From an uncultured Chloroflexia bacterium (GTDB lineage Bacteria; Chloroflexota; Limnocylindria; QHBO01), in contig CAWBBG010000006.1 of assembly GCA_963787025.1 (NCBI GenBank), positions 922 to 64,921 of the forward strand: DNA of 64,000 nucleotides, in the 5' to 3' direction. The notes under the pieces are model-generated. The model did no database searches. It was given only the letters and a program-made list of their open reading frames with translations, and had not been told where the DNA came from. Below, piece by piece: positions 46,022 through 55,301 of the stretch. The position numbers and the translations under genes were made by a program. Numbering within the stretch: the first letter of the stretch is position 1; each line of letters opens with the position of its first letter.

Positions 46022-48232
46022 TCATCGTCCAGGATGCGCTCGACGCTCGGAGGGAGAACTGTGCCGGCCGAAGCGACGACCGTTGACCCGGTTGCGGAGC
46101 GGCTGACGGCGATCACGCCGATCTCGCCAACGCCCAGCGCGGCGTACAGACGATCGACGGCCTGGCGTGGATGCGCCGTGTCGGTGTCCGCCGCGCAGCG
46201 CCACCACGTCACCGGGGCGAACGAGCTCGCGGAGCCGATGAGGCTGCGTGGGAGCCTCGAGCCGGGCGAAGACCGATCCATCCGATGCCGCCGCGAAGAT
46301 GTGCCGGCCGGGCCGAACCGGCTGCGATGCGACCGCGGCGGCGGCGGCGGGCGTCCCGAGCAGGGCGGCAGCCCGATCGTCGCCGATCCGTTCCCAGGCG
46401 CGGCCGGGCGAGCGGGCCGCATCCGCCCGCGCACGATCGAAGTAGACGCGCAACCAGATCTCCAGGTTGAGCACCCGCCAGAAGAAGAGTGACTCCTCCG
46501 TGCGGCCGGCGCACATGGCCATGAACGCATCGGCGATCCCGGCGCCATCCCAGTACGGACGCGACAGGAAGCTCGGAGACCGCAGCACGCCCATCACCGC
46601 GGCGCGTTCCCGGCGCAGCCAGCGCATCTCGGGGGTCGTGAAGCCGATCTTCTTGCGTCGGGTCCGGATCCGCTCCGGGACGTGGCCCTTGATGGCATCG
46701 CGGAAGACCGCGCGGCTGAGGCGCCCGCGCATGAGGGCGTCGCTCGGCAGAGAGAGCACGTGCTCGACCAGCTCGAGGTCAAGGAACGGGACGCGCGACT
46801 CGATCGAGGCGGCCATCGAGTTTCGGTCCTCGTAGCGAAGCAGCGACGGCAGGCTGTACGTGGTCAGATCCTGGACCAGCCGGCCCTTGAGGTCGTCGAC
46901 CACCCGCTGCCCGCGGCGCGCCGGCTGCGGCTCGGCCACCCGACCCCGGAGGTACCGCGTGGGCTCCAGCCGCGCCTGCCCCAATGGGCGCACATATCGG
47001 TGCAGCAGGGTTCGCAGCTCGAGCCAGCTGAGCCCCTGGCGGAACAGGCTGAGCACGCGCCGCTCCCGCAGAAGCTGCCGAAGGTAGACGAACCGATACG
47101 GCGTGTAGCCACCCAGCAGCTCGTCGCCTCCCTGTCCATCCAGCAGCACCTTCACGGAGCCGCGGGCGAGCTGCATGACCGCCCGCTGCGCGTACGGTCC
47201 GCTGCTGACGACCGGTTCGTCGAGGCTCCACACCAGGTCGCCAAGGTCGGACATGAACTGCGAGGCGCTGGGCTCCGTGAAGTACGGCTCCGCCGCGGTC
47301 GCGGACAGGACCGTGTCGATCCATGGCCGTTCGTCGATCGGGTCGCCCGGGAAGACGGCCGAAAAGGTCTTGAGCCGGTCGCCGACCGATGCGGCGTCAG
47401 GAGCGCCCTCATCAAGCAGCTCGCCGATCGCGGCGACGATCGACGACGAGTCGAGCCCGCCGGAAAGGCACGAGCCGACGGGCACCTCGGCGACGAGACG
47501 CCGCTCCACGGCGCGACGGAAGATTGACCACAGCCGCTCCGGACTGGGATCGCCGTCCTCCGACACGCGGGGCTCCCAGTAGCGCCGGCGGACCATCCCA
47601 TCCGGCCGGACGACCAGGTAGTGGGCCGCCGGGAGTGCCGTGACGCCGGCGAAGAACGTCTGGTCGCTGTGGTCGTGCAGCCCCTCGCGGAGGTACTCCC
47701 CGATCGCCTGCTCGTTCGGGACCAGGCGCGGTCCCCCGGCCGCGACCAGGCTCTTGATCTCCGAGCTGAACACGAGCCGACCGTCTAGCGTGGCATGGTA
47801 GAGCGGCTTGATGCCGAACTGGTCCCGAACAAGGAGCAGCTCCGGCTCCGCGCCGCGGAGGTCGAGCAGGGCGAAGGCGAACATGCCGTTCAGCCGCTGG
47901 AAGGACGCTGGACCGTCGAGCTCGTACGCCTTCAGCACGACCTCGGTGTCGGCATCGGTCTCGAAGACGGCACCGCGCGAGCGAAGCTCGGCGCGCAGCT
48001 CGCGGAAGTTGTACACCTCGCCGTTGTAGGCGATATGCAGCCGGCCTCCGGCGGTCGTCATCGGCTGGTGCCCGCCGACGACGTCGATGATCGCCAGGCG
48101 CCGGGTTGCGATGGTCGCCCACGCGTCGGTCACCTCGCCGTGACCGTCGGGGCCACGGTGCAGCATGGAGCCCGAGAGCGCGCCGATCAGCTCGGGGGAC
48201 GGCGCGCCCACGAAGCCGGCGATGCCGCACAT
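46022..48232 (-). CDS. asnB: asparagine synthase (glutamine-hydrolysing) family amidotransferase with an anomalous C-terminal tail
   Basis: ORF 46022..48232 (736 aa). N-terminal nucleophile MCGIAGF, and SGGLDSS in the synthetase domain. The usual family end (FFWRVLNLEIWLRVYFD) is followed by about 130 extra residues, the last ~55 being Arg-rich and non-protein-like. See the finding on a possible frame break near 46205. Confidence 0.85.
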   Translation of the reverse strand: MCGIAGFVGAPSPELIGALSGSMLHRGPDGHGEVTDAWATIATRRLAIIDVVGGHQPMTTAGGRLHIAYNGEVYNFRELRAELRSRGAVFETDADTEVVLKAYELDGPASFQRLNGMFAFALLDLRGAEPELLLVRDQFGIKPLYHATLDGRLVFSSEIKSLVAAGGPRLVPNEQAIGEYLREGLHDHSDQTFFAGVTALPAAHYLVVRPDGMVRRRYWEPRVSEDGDPSPERLWSIFRRAVERRLVAEVPVGSCLSGGLDSSSIVAAIGELLDEGAPDAASVGDRLKTFSAVFPGDPIDERPWIDTVLSATAAEPYFTEPSASQFMSDLGDLVWSLDEPVVSSGPYAQRAVMQLARGSVKVLLDGQGGDELLGGYTPYRFVYLRQLLRERRVLSLFRQGLSWLELRTLLHRYVRPLGQARLEPTRYLRGRVAEPQPARRGQRVVDDLKGRLVQDLTTYSLPSLLRYEDRNSMAASIESRVPFLDLELVEHVLSLPSDALMRGRLSRAVFRDAIKGHVPERIRTRRKKIGFTTPEMRWLRRERAAVMGVLRSPSFLSRPYWDGAGIADAFMAMCAGRTEESLFFWRVLNLEIWLRVYFDRARADAARSPGRAWERIGDDRAAALLGTPAAAAAVASQPVRPGRHIFAAASDGSVFARLEAPTQPHRLRELVRPGDVVALRGGHRHGASTPGRRSSVRRAGRWRDRRDRRQPLRNRVNGRRFGRHSSPSERRAHPGR

Positions 48233-48277
48233 CAGCGCACCTCGCGCGATGCGGCGCGTTGGCGGCGGGGCTCGCCC

Positions 48278-50017
48278 TCAGCTTCGGCGGCGCCGCCTCC
48301 GGATGAGCTGCCAGGTCCGCGGCAGCTCATCGATCCGGAGCACCAGGCTCGAGGCCAGGTAGGTGACGATCCCGGCGCTCGCGAGCACCGCGAGCACCCC
48401 GATCCGGGTGAGTCCTCCCTGGAGCAGGCCGGGCGCAGCCGTGCCGACCGCCTGCAGCCCCAGGAACATCACGGCGGCGCCCACCACGGCGGCGACCGTC
48501 GCGAGGCCCGCGCCACGCGCGATGGAGCCAAGCTCGATCGAGCCCAGTCGACGGTGCAGCACCCACACCAGCCCGACCACCTCGACCACCGAGCTCAGGG
48601 AGAGCGCGAGGGCGAGGCCCGAGATGCCCATCGGTCCCACCAGCCAGAGCATGAGGGCCACGTTGACGACCACCGCCACCACGGCCCAGATGACCGGCGT
48701 CGTGCTGTCGTGGAGTGCGTAGAAGGTCCGCGCCACGACCTGGACCCAGCTGTGCGCGATGAGTGCCAGGCTGAAGAACATGAGCGCATCCGCAGTCGCC
48801 GAGATCGCCCGAGCGTCGAACGCCCCGTACTGGTAGAAGACCGCGGTCGTCGGCTGGCGCAGGACGATCAGGATCGCGGTGAGCGGCGCCGCCACGAAGA
48901 ACATGATTCGCAGGCTGAGCGCCACCTGCCGACGCACCTCGTCGAGGCGCCCGATGGCGGCGGTCCGGGACAGGGTCGGGAACAGGGCCACGGCGATGCT
49001 CACCCCCACCAGGGCCACCGGCACCTGTGAGAGCTGGAACGCGTAGTTGAAGTTCGTCACGCTGCCGATCGGGAGCGAGCTGGCCAGGATGGTGCTGATC
49101 ACGAAGTTGGCCTGCGTCGCGGCCAGCCCCAGCGTCCGGGGTGCCATGAGCCGACCGACCTCCAGCACCCCGGGATGGCGCAGGTTGATGATCAGCTCGT
49201 AGCGGCCAGCCACCCGCAGGAGTCGCGGCAGCTGGACCACCACGTGACCGAGCGCCCCCACCGCCACGCCGATCGCGAGCGCCTCGATGCCAATGATCGG
49301 CGCCAGGAAGACCGCCGCCGCGATGATCGTCAGGTTGTAGACCAGCGGCGCCAGCGAGGGAACCGCGAACTCGTCGTACCCGTTCAGGATCGCGCTCACC
49401 ACCGCGCCGATGCCGATGAAGAACGGGCTCAGCAGCATCAGCCGTGTCAGGCGCACGGTCAGCTCGGTGGTCGGCGTGTCGAATCCCGGCGCCACCAGCG
49501 GCACGAAGAGCGGCGCGAAGAGCGCCATCAACAGCGAGAGGAGCGCGAGGGACAGGACCAGGAGATTCACGACGCTGCTCGCGACCCGCCAGGCCTCCGC
49601 CTCCTCCTGCCGCGCCCGGTAGCTGACGAAGACCGGGATGAACGCGGTGAAGAGGGTCCCCGCCACGACCAGCTGGAAGATGACGTCCGGGATGCGGAAC
49701 GCCGCGAAGTAGGCGTCGAGCTCCCGCCCCGGGCCGAACTGCGCGCCGATCACCGCCAGCCGCAGCCAGCCCAGGACCCTGCTGGCGAAGTTCCCGGCGA
49801 GCAGGATCAGGCTCGCGGTGATGACCACCTGTGCGGTGGGGCTGCCCGCGTCGTTCTCCGCGGAGGGACCGCCCTTCGGCGCCTCCTCGCTCTCGGGGGT
49901 CGCTGCGGTTGGGTCCGTGACAGGTGATCCGGGTGCCGCGCAGGCTCGTTCACGGTCGGTTGGCGCTCTCGGTGACGGGGCTGATGCATCGGGACCCGCT
50001 GGACCTGACGCGCTCAT
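48278..50017 (-). CDS. murJ: lipid II flippase MurJ
   Basis: ORF 48278..50230 (650 aa). The credible start is ATG 50017 (MSASGPAGP...). VIGAQFGPGRELDAYFAAFRIPDVIFQLVVAGTLFTAFIPVF and 14 TM segments. Confidence 0.88.
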   Translation of the reverse strand: MSASGPAGPDASAPSPRAPTDRERACAAPGSPVTDPTAATPESEEAPKGGPSAENDAGSPTAQVVITASLILLAGNFASRVLGWLRLAVIGAQFGPGRELDAYFAAFRIPDVIFQLVVAGTLFTAFIPVFVSYRARQEEAEAWRVASSVVNLLVLSLALLSLLMALFAPLFVPLVAPGFDTPTTELTVRLTRLMLLSPFFIGIGAVVSAILNGYDEFAVPSLAPLVYNLTIIAAAVFLAPIIGIEALAIGVAVGALGHVVVQLPRLLRVAGRYELIINLRHPGVLEVGRLMAPRTLGLAATQANFVISTILASSLPIGSVTNFNYAFQLSQVPVALVGVSIAVALFPTLSRTAAIGRLDEVRRQVALSLRIMFFVAAPLTAILIVLRQPTTAVFYQYGAFDARAISATADALMFFSLALIAHSWVQVVARTFYALHDSTTPVIWAVVAVVVNVALMLWLVGPMGISGLALALSLSSVVEVVGLVWVLHRRLGSIELGSIARGAGLATVAAVVGAAVMFLGLQAVGTAAPGLLQGGLTRIGVLAVLASAGIVTYLASSLVLRIDELPRTWQLIRRRRRRS

Positions 50018-50217
50018 TCTCTCGCGGTTGACCGGGGTGGATGCGCCGTCGCTCGCAGCCGGGGCCGCCCAGCGCCCGAGCGCAATCGACCCCCACGCGT
50101 CCAACGCCATCCCGCAACGGTGGCGCCTGTACCTGAATCTGGCGGTAATGCCGGGTGAAGGAATGCCAACCTGGCCACGCTGCGATTTGGCTCGGCAACC
50201 GCCGGGCGGGCACCGGA

Positions 50218-50255
50218 ATTGCATGCCCATGCGCTGGTATGCATAATCATGCCTT
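50218..50255 (+). promoter_or_regulatory. two tandem 18-bp ARG boxes (ArgR operator) abutting the argH start
   Basis: TTGGCATGCCCATGCGCT (50218-50235), gg, TATGCATAATCATGCCTT (50238-50255). Both fit wnTGCATwwwwATGCAnw, the actinobacterial variant of the ARG box. The 2-bp spacing is as in classical ArgR operators. The argH ATG is at 50257. Confidence 0.6.
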
Positions 50256-50256
50256 C

Positions 50257-51693
50257 ATGACCGACGAGACCCGGCCGACCGCGACCCCTGCTGCGCCCCT
50301 GCCCCGCTGGGCCGGCGTGGCCACCGCACGCCTGAGCGATCCGCTGCTCGAGCTGGGTGGCACCGCCGCCGAGGACGCACCCCTCGCGGAGCACGACGTC
50401 GCCGCATCGCTCGTCCACCTCGGTGAGCTGGAGCGCCTGGGCCTCCTGACCTCGGACGCGGCCGCGCGGGCGCGCGAGGGACTGCTGCAGGTGGGGCGTG
50501 AGCTGGCCGATGGCACCTTCGCCTGGCGGGCCGATCACGAAGACGTGCACATGAACGTGGAGGCGGCGCTGGCGGAGCGCGTGGGCGAGACGATCGCCGG
50601 TCAGCTGCAGGCCGGCCGCAGCCGCAACGAGGAGGTCGTGACCGACGAGCGTCGCTGGCTCCTCTCTGCCGTCGCCGGGCTCGACGCGGCGATCGCCGGG
50701 CTGCAGGACGCGCTTCTCGACCAGGCCGGCGCAGCCCTCGATGCCGGCGCCGTGGTCCCGGCCCTGACCCACGGGCAGCCGGCGCAACCGGTCCTCCTGG
50801 CCCACCAGCTGCTCGCCTGGGTCGAGATGCTCCATCGCGACCGGGGCCGCCTCGCCGACGCGGCCTCCCGCGCCGATCGCTGCCCGGCAGGCTCGGGCGC
50901 GGTCGCCGGCTCCGGGCTGCCCCTGGATCGCGGACGCATCGCGGCGGCGCTGGGCTTCGCGGGCGTCACGCTCAACTCCATCGACGCGGTCGCCGACCGC
51001 GACTACGCCGCCGAGCTGGTGGCCGCCTGCGCCATCGGTGCCGGCCATCTGTCGCGCCTCGCCGGCGAGCTTGCCGGCTGGTCCGCGCCGGCCGTCGGCT
51101 GGGTCCGCCTGGGGGACGGCTACGTGTCGGGCAGCTCCATGCTCCCCAACAAGCGCAACCCGGACAGCTGCGAGCTCGTCCGCGGCCGGGCGGCCCGGGT
51201 CGCGGCGGATCTCTCGGTGGTCCTGGCCGTTCCCCGCGGGCTCCCGCTCGCCTACCACCGCGACCTGCAGGAGACCCGGGCCGCGATGCTCGACGCGGCG
51301 GGTTCGCTGGCGCTCTGCCTGCGGGTGATGGAGGGCGTGGTGCGGAGTGCCGTCTTCGACCTTGCCGCCATGCGCACCGCGACCACGCACGGACACCTGG
51401 AGGCGACCGCGCTCGCCGAGCGCCTCGTGGCTGCGGGGGTCCCGTTCCGAACGGCCCACCACCGGGTGGGTGCCCTGGTCGCGCGGGCCGTGCATGACGG
51501 AGTCGCCCTTGGGGACCTCCCCGCAGCGGTCCTGCGCGAGGCGCTGCCCGAGCTCTCCGGCCTGACCAGCCCGGTCCCGACCCTGGAGGAGGCGCTGGCA
51601 GCTCCCGACCTTCCCGGCGGTACGGCTCCGGGCCGGGTCGCCGCCGCGCTGACCGCCGCGCGGGAGCGCGTGACCGGCGGGGGTGCCGGGTGA
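50257..51693 (+). CDS. argH: argininosuccinate lyase
   Basis: Inside ORF 50155..51693 from ATG 50257. Signature GSSMLPNKRNPDSCELVRG; HGQPAQP. Confidence 0.92.
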   Translation: MTDETRPTATPAAPLPRWAGVATARLSDPLLELGGTAAEDAPLAEHDVAASLVHLGELERLGLLTSDAAARAREGLLQVGRELADGTFAWRADHEDVHMNVEAALAERVGETIAGQLQAGRSRNEEVVTDERRWLLSAVAGLDAAIAGLQDALLDQAGAALDAGAVVPALTHGQPAQPVLLAHQLLAWVEMLHRDRGRLADAASRADRCPAGSGAVAGSGLPLDRGRIAAALGFAGVTLNSIDAVADRDYAAELVAACAIGAGHLSRLAGELAGWSAPAVGWVRLGDGYVSGSSMLPNKRNPDSCELVRGRAARVAADLSVVLAVPRGLPLAYHRDLQETRAAMLDAAGSLALCLRVMEGVVRSAVFDLAAMRTATTHGHLEATALAERLVAAGVPFRTAHHRVGALVARAVHDGVALGDLPAAVLREALPELSGLTSPVPTLEEALAAPDLPGGTAPGRVAAALTAARERVTGGGAG

Positions 51694-52727
51694 GCCCGGC
51701 ACAGCGCACGGTGCGAGCTGCGGTGGTGGGTGCCACCGGCTATGCCGGTGCGGAGCTGATCCGGCTGCTCGCGGGTCACCCGCACGTCACGCTGGCGTCG
51801 GTGCACGCCCGCGACCGGGACAACGTCGATCTGGGGAGCGAGTTCCCGCACCTGGCTCCGCTGGCCCTCACCCTGCTGCCCGGCCTGCCGGACTCCGCGT
51901 CGGTGGACGTGGCGTTCCTGGCCCTGCCGTCGGGCGCCTCGGCTGCCGCTGCCGCCTCGCTCGTCGCGGATGGCGTCACGGTGATCGACATTGGCGCCGA
52001 CTTCCGGCTGCGCGACGAGGCGACCCACCGGGCCTGGTACGGCGACGCGCCGCGGCCGGCACAGCTCGTCGCGGAGGCGGTCTACGGCCTGACCGAGCGG
52101 GCCCGCAATCTCCTACCGGGCGCCAGGCTGGTCGCCAACCCGGGCTGCTATCCGACCGCCGCGCTCCTTGCCCTCTCGCCCTTCGCGGCAGCGGGCCTGC
52201 TCGCCGACGAGGTCATCGTGGACGCCAAGTCCGGGGTGAGCGGTGCGGGCCGGACCGCGGCACGGACCTATGGCTTCAGCGAGCTCGACGCGTCGGTCAG
52301 CGCCTACGGGCTCGACGGCCATCGCCATCGGCCGGAGATCGAGCAGGGACTGGCCGATGCCGGCGCCGCCGGCGCCGGTGTGACCTTTGTGCCGCACCTC
52401 GTGCCGATGGCGCGCGGCCTGCTGGCCACCTGCTACCTGCGGCTGACGGACGACCTGGCCACCGAGGCACTCCATGGCCTGCTCTGCGACGCCTATGCGT
52501 CGGAGCCCTTCGTGCACATTCTCGAAGCGCCGCCCGCGACGAAGCTGGCAACCGGCTCGAACCACGCGTACCTGGCCGTCACGCGGACCGGACCCGCCCG
52601 GGCCGTCGTCACCTGTGCCATCGACAATCTCGGCAAGGGCGCTGCCGGCCAGGCAATCCAGAACATGAACGTCGTCTTCGGGCTGCCGGAGACCGCGGGC
52701 CTCGGCGCGCTGGGGGTGGTGCCGTGA
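51690..52727 (+). CDS. argC: N-acetyl-gamma-glutamyl-phosphate reductase
   Basis: ORF 51690..52727 (345 aa). VVGATGYAGAELIRLL, catalytic PGCYPTA. GTGA overlap with argH. Confidence 0.93.
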   Translation: MSPAQRTVRAAVVGATGYAGAELIRLLAGHPHVTLASVHARDRDNVDLGSEFPHLAPLALTLLPGLPDSASVDVAFLALPSGASAAAAASLVADGVTVIDIGADFRLRDEATHRAWYGDAPRPAQLVAEAVYGLTERARNLLPGARLVANPGCYPTAALLALSPFAAAGLLADEVIVDAKSGVSGAGRTAARTYGFSELDASVSAYGLDGHRHRPEIEQGLADAGAAGAGVTFVPHLVPMARGLLATCYLRLTDDLATEALHGLLCDAYASEPFVHILEAPPATKLATGSNHAYLAVTRTGPARAVVTCAIDNLGKGAAGQAIQNMNVVFGLPETAGLGALGVVP

Positions 52728-53941
52728 GCGCGACCGCCCGTCCCGTCCCGGGCGGCATCCTGGCGCCGGGCGGCTTCCGGGCAGGCGCCGCGACCGCCGG
52801 CCTGCGGGAGCGAAGCGACGCCGACGACGTGGCCCTGGTGGTGGCGGACCGGCCCGCAGCCGCGGTCGCCTTCCTGACGCGCAACCGATTCGCCGCCGCC
52901 CCGGTGCAGCTCGCCCGGGCGGCACTCACCGAGACGGGCGGGCGGGCCCGGGCGGTGGTGCTCAACGCCGGCTGCGCCAACGCGGGCACGGGTCCCGCCG
53001 GGATCGACGCGGCACGAACGGTGGTGGGCGCCGTGGCGGAGCGCCTCGGCTGCCGCACGGCGGAGGTGCTCCCCGCCTCCACCGGGCTCATCGGCTCCGC
53101 ACTGCCCACGGATCGCGTGGCACGGGCCGCGAGCGGCCTGCGGCTGGGGACCGACGCGTCGGCGGCGACGGCGGCGGCCAGGGCGATCATGACCACCGAC
53201 ACGCGGCCCAAGGAGGCTGCGGCATCGGTCGAGGCGGGCGACCGCCGCTTCACCGTGGGCGGGATGGCGAAGGGCGCGGGGATGATCCACCCGGGCATGG
53301 CAACCATGCTCGCGGTGGTGACCACCGATGCGCCGATCGACGCCGGGACGCTGCGAGACGTCGCCGCGCCCATCGTGGAACGCACCTTCAACCAGGTGAG
53401 CGTGGACGGTGACACGTCCACCAACGACACGCTGTACCTGCTTGCCTCGGGCGCAGCCGGTGGTGCGCCCATCGTCGACGGGCCCGCGCAGGAAGCGCTG
53501 GCAGTGGCGCTCGAGACGGTCTGCACCGAGCTCGCCCGGCAGATCGCGGCCGACGGCGAGGGGGCGACGCACCGGATCGACGTGACGGTCACCGGCGCGG
53601 CGAGCGACTCGGAGGCCCGCGCAGCCGCCCGGACGGTGGCCGCCTCGAACCTGGTCAAGGCCGCGGTCCACGGCGCCGACCCCAACTGGGGCCGCATCGC
53701 GGCTGCCGCGGGACGGAGCGGCGCCGCCCTGGATCCCGAACGGATGCAGATCTGGGTCGGCGAGGTGCTCACCTACGCGGGGACCGCCTGCGACTTCGAC
53801 GCGGCCGAGGCGAGCGACGCCATGCGCGGCGCGGTGGTGGAGATCCGCGTCGACCTGGGCGCCGGAGACGGCAGCGGCGTGGCGTGGGGCTGCGACCTGT
53901 CGGCCGAGTACGTGGCCATCAACAGCGAGTACGCGACGTGA
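52724..53941 (+). CDS. argJ: bifunctional ornithine acetyltransferase / N-acetylglutamate synthase
   Basis: GTG 52724 within ORF 51683..53941. GMAKGAGMIHPGMATMLAVVTTD (autoproteolytic ATML site). GTGA overlap with argC. Confidence 0.92.
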   Translation: MSATARPVPGGILAPGGFRAGAATAGLRERSDADDVALVVADRPAAAVAFLTRNRFAAAPVQLARAALTETGGRARAVVLNAGCANAGTGPAGIDAARTVVGAVAERLGCRTAEVLPASTGLIGSALPTDRVARAASGLRLGTDASAATAAARAIMTTDTRPKEAAASVEAGDRRFTVGGMAKGAGMIHPGMATMLAVVTTDAPIDAGTLRDVAAPIVERTFNQVSVDGDTSTNDTLYLLASGAAGGAPIVDGPAQEALAVALETVCTELARQIAADGEGATHRIDVTVTGAASDSEARAAARTVAASNLVKAAVHGADPNWGRIAAAAGRSGAALDPERMQIWVGEVLTYAGTACDFDAAEASDAMRGAVVEIRVDLGAGDGSGVAWGCDLSAEYVAINSEYAT

Positions 53942-54798
53942 CCGGGCGGGACGGCCGGCCGGTCACCCTGAAGCTGGGCGGAACGAGCGCGCAGCACGCG
54001 GACTGCGTGGCGCTCGTCGGACGCCTCGCCGAGCCGGGCTGGGTCGTGGTTCACGGCGGCGGGAGCGAGCTCGACGCCTGGTCGACCCGCCTGGGCCTCA
54101 CGCCCCGCCGGGTGGACGGCCTGCGGGTCACCGACCCGGAGACGCTCGACCTCGCCACCGCCGTGCTGGGCGGCCTGGTGAACGCCCGGCTGGTTGCGCG
54201 CCTGCGGGCCATGGGCGTACCGGCCCTGGGCCTCACCGGCATCGACGGCGGGCTCCTGACCGCCACGCCCCTCGATCCGCGGCTGGGCGCCGTGGGCGAG
54301 GTCACCGAGGTGGATGACGCCCTGCTCGCCGCCCTGGCCGCGGCGGGGCAGGTGCCGGTGATCGCCTCGCTGTCCATGACCCGGGGCGGGGAGGTGCTCA
54401 ACGTGAACGCCGACACCGCGGCCGGGGCGATCGCGGCCGCCCGGGGCGGCCTCCTGGTCCTGTGCACCGACGTGGCCGGCGTCCTCCAGCAGGGCGCGCT
54501 GGTCGAGCGCATCGGGCCGGCCGACGCCCTGCGCCTGCTCGCCGAGGGTACCGCCTCGGACGGGATGCGGCCCAAGCTGCTGGCCGCCCTGCACGCGGCC
54601 AGCGCCGGTTGCGAAGTGCGCATCCTGGACGGCCGCGACCCCGACGCGGTGCTCGCCGCGCTGCGTGGCGAGACGGCGGGGACGCTCGTCACCGCAGACG
54701 CAGACGGCGGAGCCGCCGGGGCTTCCGGCTTCACACCCGGCCCGTCCGGCGCCCCGGACGCCCATTCGATCCACGCGGAGCCCGGAGGAACGACATGA
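53938..54798 (+). CDS. argB: acetylglutamate kinase
   Basis: GTG 53938 within ORF 53884..54798. VTLKLGG, VVVHGGG, LNVNADTAAGAIA. GTGA overlap with argJ. Confidence 0.9.
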   Translation: MTGRDGRPVTLKLGGTSAQHADCVALVGRLAEPGWVVVHGGGSELDAWSTRLGLTPRRVDGLRVTDPETLDLATAVLGGLVNARLVARLRAMGVPALGLTGIDGGLLTATPLDPRLGAVGEVTEVDDALLAALAAAGQVPVIASLSMTRGGEVLNVNADTAAGAIAAARGGLLVLCTDVAGVLQQGALVERIGPADALRLLAEGTASDGMRPKLLAALHAASAGCEVRILDGRDPDAVLAALRGETAGTLVTADADGGAAGASGFTPGPSGAPDAHSIHAEPGGTT

Positions 54799-55301
54799 CC
54801 AGCGCGGCACGGCGCCAGGAGCAGATCCGCGAGCTGCTGGCGGCGGGAACCGTTCGCTCGCAGCGGGCGCTGCAGGTTGCGCTTGCCGAGCGCGGAGCCG
54901 AGGTGAACCAGGCGACCATCTCGCGCGACCTGGCCACCCTGGGCGTCGTGCGCGGCAGCCGAGGCGGCGGGCCAGCCTATCTCCTCCCCGATGACGTGGC
55001 CGAGGCACCGGCGCTGGCTGCCGCCGCGCGCCTGCGACGGCTGCTCACGGACCTGCCCCTCGACGTCGACGCGGCACCGCCCTTCCTCGTCCTGCGCACC
55101 ACGCCGGGCGCGGCGAACGCCATCGCCTCCTCTCTGGACCTCGCCCGTCACGCCGACGTGGTGGGAACCGTGGCCGGCGACGACACGATCTTCGTGGCCT
55201 GCCGCGGCCGCGCGGGGATCGCCCGCGTCCGCGACTACCTGACCGCCCTGCGCGCCGAAGCGGCGTCCTCACCAAGCTCACTTCCTGCGAGGAACCCATG
55301 A
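54795..55301 (+). CDS. argR: arginine repressor
   Basis: ATG 54795 within ORF 54462..55301. RQEQIRELLAAGTVRSQRALQVALAERGAEVNQATISRDLATLG and C-terminal GTVAGDDTIFV. ATGA overlaps on both sides. Confidence 0.9.
   Translation: MTSAARRQEQIRELLAAGTVRSQRALQVALAERGAEVNQATISRDLATLGVVRGSRGGGPAYLLPDDVAEAPALAAAARLRRLLTDLPLDVDAAPPFLVLRTTPGAANAIASSLDLARHADVVGTVAGDDTIFVACRGRAGIARVRDYLTALRAEAASSPSSLPARNP

Noticed and set aside
46022-50230. Lasso-peptide cluster idea (asparagine-synthetase homologue as the macrolactam synthetase)
   Set aside because: The AsnB has an intact Ntn glutaminase start (MCGIAG) and full-length canonical domains. There is no transglutaminase-like protease, PqqD-like RRE or short precursor ORF nearby. 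The neighbour is MurJ, not an ABC exporter.
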